A stretch of DNA of 32,000 bases from Candidatus Saccharimonadota bacterium (GTDB taxonomy: Bacteria; Patescibacteriota; Gracilibacteria; BD1-5; UBA6164): the NCBI GenBank assembly GCA_963677765.1, contig OY782392.1, positions 390,001 to 422,000 of the forward strand, written 5' to 3'. The translations under genes and the position numbers were made by a program. Shown here one piece after another: positions 28,501 through 32,000 of the stretch (the first letter of the stretch is position 1; each line of letters opens with the position of its first letter). The notes beneath the pieces are model-generated. The model saw nothing but the letters and a program-made list of their open reading frames with translations, did no database searches and was not told the origin of the DNA.

Positions 28501-30273
28501 ATGATAAGATATTATAGTAATATAACTATAATATCTTTTTTTATGGTTGAATCTCCTAATAATTATGAAAATTTAAGCAATCAAACTGAATCAAATGAGA
28601 ATTCAGAATTTTTAGAGTCTATAAATAATGACATAAAATCAATTCCTCAAGAACTTCAAGAATTATCAATAAAACAAATAGAAAAATACAAAAATTCCCC
28701 ACAGTCATCAAATGATGAATATGATTTATTAGATTCTATAGATGCTATAAAATCTATAGAATCTATAAAAAATTCTAATGACTGATATAAAGAATTTATA
28801 GATTTATTAAATAACTCTGAAAATTTAGATTGATTGTACTTAATAATGCTTAGTAAAAAAAATGATATTGATAATTATATAAAAAATAACTGATTCCCTA
28901 TAAATCAAGAAACTCTAGATGCTTTTAATAAAAATTTTTGATTAGATATAAGTTATATAAAAAAAGAAAATGAAGAAAAAGTAGAGCAAAATGAAGAAAA
29001 AGTAGAGCAAAATAATAGAAAAAAAGAAATTCTAAACTCAATAAAAAATCAACTAATAAAACATGAGGAAGAGTTTATAGATATAAATGATGAAGAATGA
29101 AATAATTTTATAGATTTATTAAACAATATTGAAAATACTGAAAGCCAAAAAAAATTAGAGGCTTTATTATCAAATCAAGAAAACCTAAATAATATACTTA
29201 GTATATTACAAGAAATAGATAGAAAAGAAGGTATAGATAGCTATTCTCCTGAAAGTAGTTATTCAAAATTCACATCTAAACTTATAGAGTTAAATCCTAG
29301 TTTTGAAGCAAAAATAAAATCTTTTGAACAAAAAGAAAATTATAATAATTTTTTAGGTATAACAGACTCTACTACTGCTAGAATATACGCTTGATTATGA
29401 ACAGAAAATCCTGATGTAGAGTGAAATATTTTCAAAAACTGAGATGTAAGTATAGATATATCAAAAAGACCTCCTCAAAGAATATTATGAGATAAAAACT
29501 TTAGTTTAGAACTAGATTTACCTATATGAGATTTCTACCCAGATATACTTGAGCATGAAAGAAGCAATCAATTAATAAAACCTCAACTAAATAGTATTAA
29601 TGTATTATTACAAAACAGAGACTATATTGATGATATGCTGGAATCAAACTTGGATATTAATCAAATAAAAACAAATCTAAAAAACACACTTAATATTGAA
29701 ATGAGTAATATAAATACTAAAGAAGATTTAAGTGAAGATAATTTATTAAGATTAAAAAATGAACTAGAAAATAAACTAAATCAAAGTAATCAAGATTTAA
29801 AGCAAGCTTTAAGAAAAAAAATTAATGAATACAGAAGAAATTTAGAACAAAAAGATAGATTAACTCGTGAAACTTATAAGTTTTTAAAGTCTATAGGTTT
29901 TGATAAAATACCTCAAAGTATAACTAACAATGTAATACAACAATTAAATTCCAATTCAGGATTGAGATCAAGTTTAGGAATGACTAGTGAAATTGATTTA
30001 AGTAATGGTAATCTATGATTTGATAGTGATTTTGATGAAAACAATATAACATCACAAGAAAAAGCTGATTTTTCAAAGGTATTTAATATAATGTTATCAT
30101 GAAATGAAGAATGACCTATAAATACAGATGCTATACTAAATGACAGATGAACTCCTATAAGTGATTATACAGTATTTGAAAACTTTTTAGAAACAAACAA
30201 ATTAAGAGATACTTGATTTGCAAGTAAAATAATGATTGATAATATAAGAAGTAATAATAATGAAAACAAATAA
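28501..30273 (+). CDS. Large Asn/Glu/Lys-rich hypothetical protein with coiled-coil-like stretches (590 aa)
   Basis: 591 codons. The ORF-track fragments at 28501 and 29635 share this frame and are joined through TGA=Gly codons. The start could alternatively be the ATG at 28543. No catalytic motif recognised. Confidence 0.7.
28972..29013 (+). repeat. Perfect 21-nt tandem duplication inside the CDS
   Basis: gaagaaaaagtagagcaaaat occurs twice in a row (28972-28992 and 28993-29013), encoding EEKVEQN x2. Confidence 0.9.
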
Positions 30274-30304
30274 AAGGATAGCTAAATAGCTATCCTTTTA
30301 TTTG
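30272..30304. terminator. Hairpin shared by convergent genes
   Basis: aaaggatagc (30273-30282) pairs with gctatccttt (30289-30298). It overlaps both stop codons. The flanking U-runs are weak. Confidence 0.5.
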
Positions 30305-30778
30305 TTGGTCCAATCTAGAATTTAGTCTTTTTAAGGCTTCTAAAAAATCAAAGTTTTGAAAATCAAAATATATTTGCTCATTTCAAAAACCCAAGTATCA
30401 GATTTTTTCATTCATTATAGTATTAACTATATAATCAATTGCATCATCTTGAATTATAAAATATTTTCTAAAAGTATCTTTTATTAATTCTTGTTTTTTA
30501 GGGTATTTAAATTCAATAAATCATAAGATAGCATTAACAGCTTCTCAAGACTCTTCTATAAGCTTTTTAACTACAAAATCTAGTTCAGAATAATTTAATC
30601 TATTGTTATCAAAATCTTCATCTAAAAAAACTTTTAGATAAGAGTTATTAATATCATCAACAGTTATATCAGTATTTTTTTCTAAAAAGTTATTTAATTC
30701 TAAAAAACTTAATTTTGAGTTTTTTTCATCTATTTCAAGCTCATCAAAACCTCAAAATATTTTTACTCTTTCTGACAT
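30290..30778 (-). CDS. Acidic hypothetical protein (162 aa)
   Basis: 163 codons from ATG 30778 to TAG 30292-30290. Rich in D/E/F/N, with no hydrophobic segment. No family recognised. Confidence 0.65.
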
Positions 30779-30783
30779 AAAAT

Positions 30784-30824
30784 ATATTATTATATTATAG
30801 ATAAAATCTATAATATAATAATAT
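30784..30824. repeat. 41-bp perfect palindrome (19-bp arms, 3-nt centre)
   Basis: atattattatattatagat (30784-30802), aaa, atctataatataataatat (30806-30824). It starts 6 nt upstream of the ATG of the 162-aa gene, in the divergent intergenic region. Confidence 0.9.
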
Positions 30825-30936
30825 CATCATTTGTCAACGAAATATACTAAGAATTTTAATATAATGCTAAAATATTTTTATTTGAAAAATACAATTTATA
30901 GTTATAATTAATAAAATTATTTTCAAAATTAAAATT

Positions 30937-31398
30937 ATGGATAACTTAATTTATAAATGGACTTTTTCTGATAACAAAAACAGAGGTAAGTTTTGGTACA
31001 TAATAGCAATTTCAATTGTTTTATGAATAGCTATTTGGTGAGTTTTAACTAAACAATATTGATTAACTATAATAATACTACTAGTAGCATGAGTTACTTT
31101 TTTTATAGAAAATAATTCAGCTGAAATAATAGAAGTAAAAATAAGTGACTTGTGAATAAAAATTTGAGAATATTTTTATGATTATCATAAAATAGAAAAG
31201 TACTGATTCATATATAATTGAGAAAATGCTCAATTTTTAAGAATTTATCTAAATAAATCAGCTCTAAAAAATATAGATTTAAAAATTGATAATAAAATAT
31301 GCCAAGATTTAAAAAGTATTTTAGCTCAATATTTAGAAGAATCAGAAAAATCTGAATTAAGTTGATCAGAAAAGTTAATTAATTTCTTAAAACTATAA
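30937..31398 (+). CDS. Hypothetical membrane protein with 2 TM helices (153 aa)
   Basis: 154 codons. ..KFWYIIAISIVLGIAIWGVL..GLTIIILLVAGVTFFI, then a soluble domain. No family assigned. Confidence 0.65.
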
Positions 31399-31401
31399 AA
31401 A

Positions 31402-31797
31402 ATGAAAATATTATTATCAATATTCTTTAATGCCTTAATACTATATCTTCTAGCTTTTTTCTTATGAGAAAATACTTCTCTATGAGTTGAATCAGGAATA
31501 ATAGTTGAATGAGGATATATAACATACATAATATGATGAGCTATATTGTGAATTATAAATGTTACTATTAGACCAATATTAAAAATATTATCACTACCTT
31601 TCTTCTTTATATTTTTATGACTTGTTGTACTTTTCATAAATGCAATAATTTTATGGTTATTAGATTATATTTTTAATCAAATTCTTGTTATTCCAGGGAT
31701 TTCTTATGATATAAATTGAGCTGTAAATTTTGTAATTGCTGTTGCAATTTTTACAATTTTGAATATGTTTTATACATTATTATTTAATAAAAAATAG
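31402..31797 (+). CDS. DUF360 / phage-holin-family-4-like membrane protein (131 aa)
   Basis: 132 codons. MKILLSIFFNALILYLLAFFL..GAILGIINVTIRPILKILSLPFFFIFLGLVVLFINAIILWLL fits the pattern of that family (..N..irPil..lslP....tlG.f.lviNa..l). Confidence 0.7.
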
Positions 31798-31801
31798 AAA
31801 A

Positions 31802-32000
31802 ATGATTGAATTACTAAAATTTAGTGAAGTTATTATAGCTGTTATGCTTATTTTTATTGTTTTAATACAAAACAAAAATGTTACATTAAGCCTTACTGAT
31901 ATGAGTGGTGGTATGGGACAAGCAACAAAAAGATGACCAGAAAAAGTATTACATAATACTACTATAATACTTGGATCATTATTTGTTTTAAATTCATTAG
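31802..32000 (+). CDS. secG: Preprotein translocase subunit SecG (partial, runs off window end)
   Basis: MIELLKFSEVIIAVMLIFIVLIQNKNVTLSLTDMSGGMGQATKRGPEKVLHNTTIILGSLFVLNSL: a TM helix ending in LIQ, a Gly-rich loop, then a second TM helix. Confidence 0.8.

Noticed and set aside
31326-31637. ORF-track entry, - strand, 103 aa.
   Set aside because: It is antisense to two plus-strand membrane-protein genes with consistent table-25 frames.
1-32000. The lack of any standard-code ORF over 127 aa could mean non-coding, heavily pseudogenised or eukaryotic/organellar DNA.
   Set aside because: Reading TGA as a sense codon restores full-length, motif-complete housekeeping genes end to end. These include SecA 861 aa, NrdA 870 aa and NrdD 734 aa. 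Terminators sit exactly at the TAA/TAG stops.
1-32000. TGA = Trp (table 4, Mollicutes/Spiroplasma-like), which would also fit the AT-rich composition.
   Set aside because: TGA sits on invariant glycines: the P-loop GxxxxGKS, GxGxxG, CATCDG, DEAGRGP and the glycyl-radical RVxGY. Conserved Trp positions use TGG.
1-32000. A search by eye for CRISPR arrays, tRNA/rRNA genes, IS elements, integrases and toxin-antitoxin pairs.
   Set aside because: I saw no regularly spaced direct repeats, no tRNA T-arm or acceptor signatures (GTTCGAATC-like), no rRNA-like G+C-rich blocks and no transposase or integrase motifs. The only repeats are the two 21-nt in-frame duplications and the palindromes already listed.

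Overview
This is a visibly very AT-rich bacterial chromosome segment that is only interpretable if TGA is read as glycine. That is translation table 25, used by Gracilibacteria and Absconditabacteria/SR1 of the Candidate Phyla Radiation. The supplied standard-code ORF track is therefore fragmented, and many of its entries are antisense shadows. I re-translated both strands by eye with TGA=Gly and TAA/TAG as the only stops. This gives 34 tightly packed CDS whose lengths are all multiples of 3.

Gene order:
- a partial gene, a small membrane protein, hflX, a 62-aa basic ORF, trxB and a hypothetical protein
- a deoxyribonucleotide super-cluster on the minus strand: nrdB, nrdR, nrdG, a two-piece nrdD and nrdA, with tandem NrdR boxes
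- rmuC-ruvA, then secA
- a 941-aa protein combining a PilB/GspE-type N-domain, TM helices and PKD repeats
- a hypothetical protein, an rnhB-queH fusion, mtaB, lspA, a membrane protein and an AMMECR1 protein
- a type IV pilin, a ferredoxin, a G+C-elevated structured non-coding element and ybeY
- a PrgI / VirB4-N-domain / T4SS-pilin module followed by two secreted or repeat proteins
- an acidic protein, two small membrane proteins and secG (partial)

I recognised no rRNA, tRNA, CRISPR array, transposase or integrase. All product calls rest on motifs I could read in my own translations. No database search, GC calculation or folding program was run.
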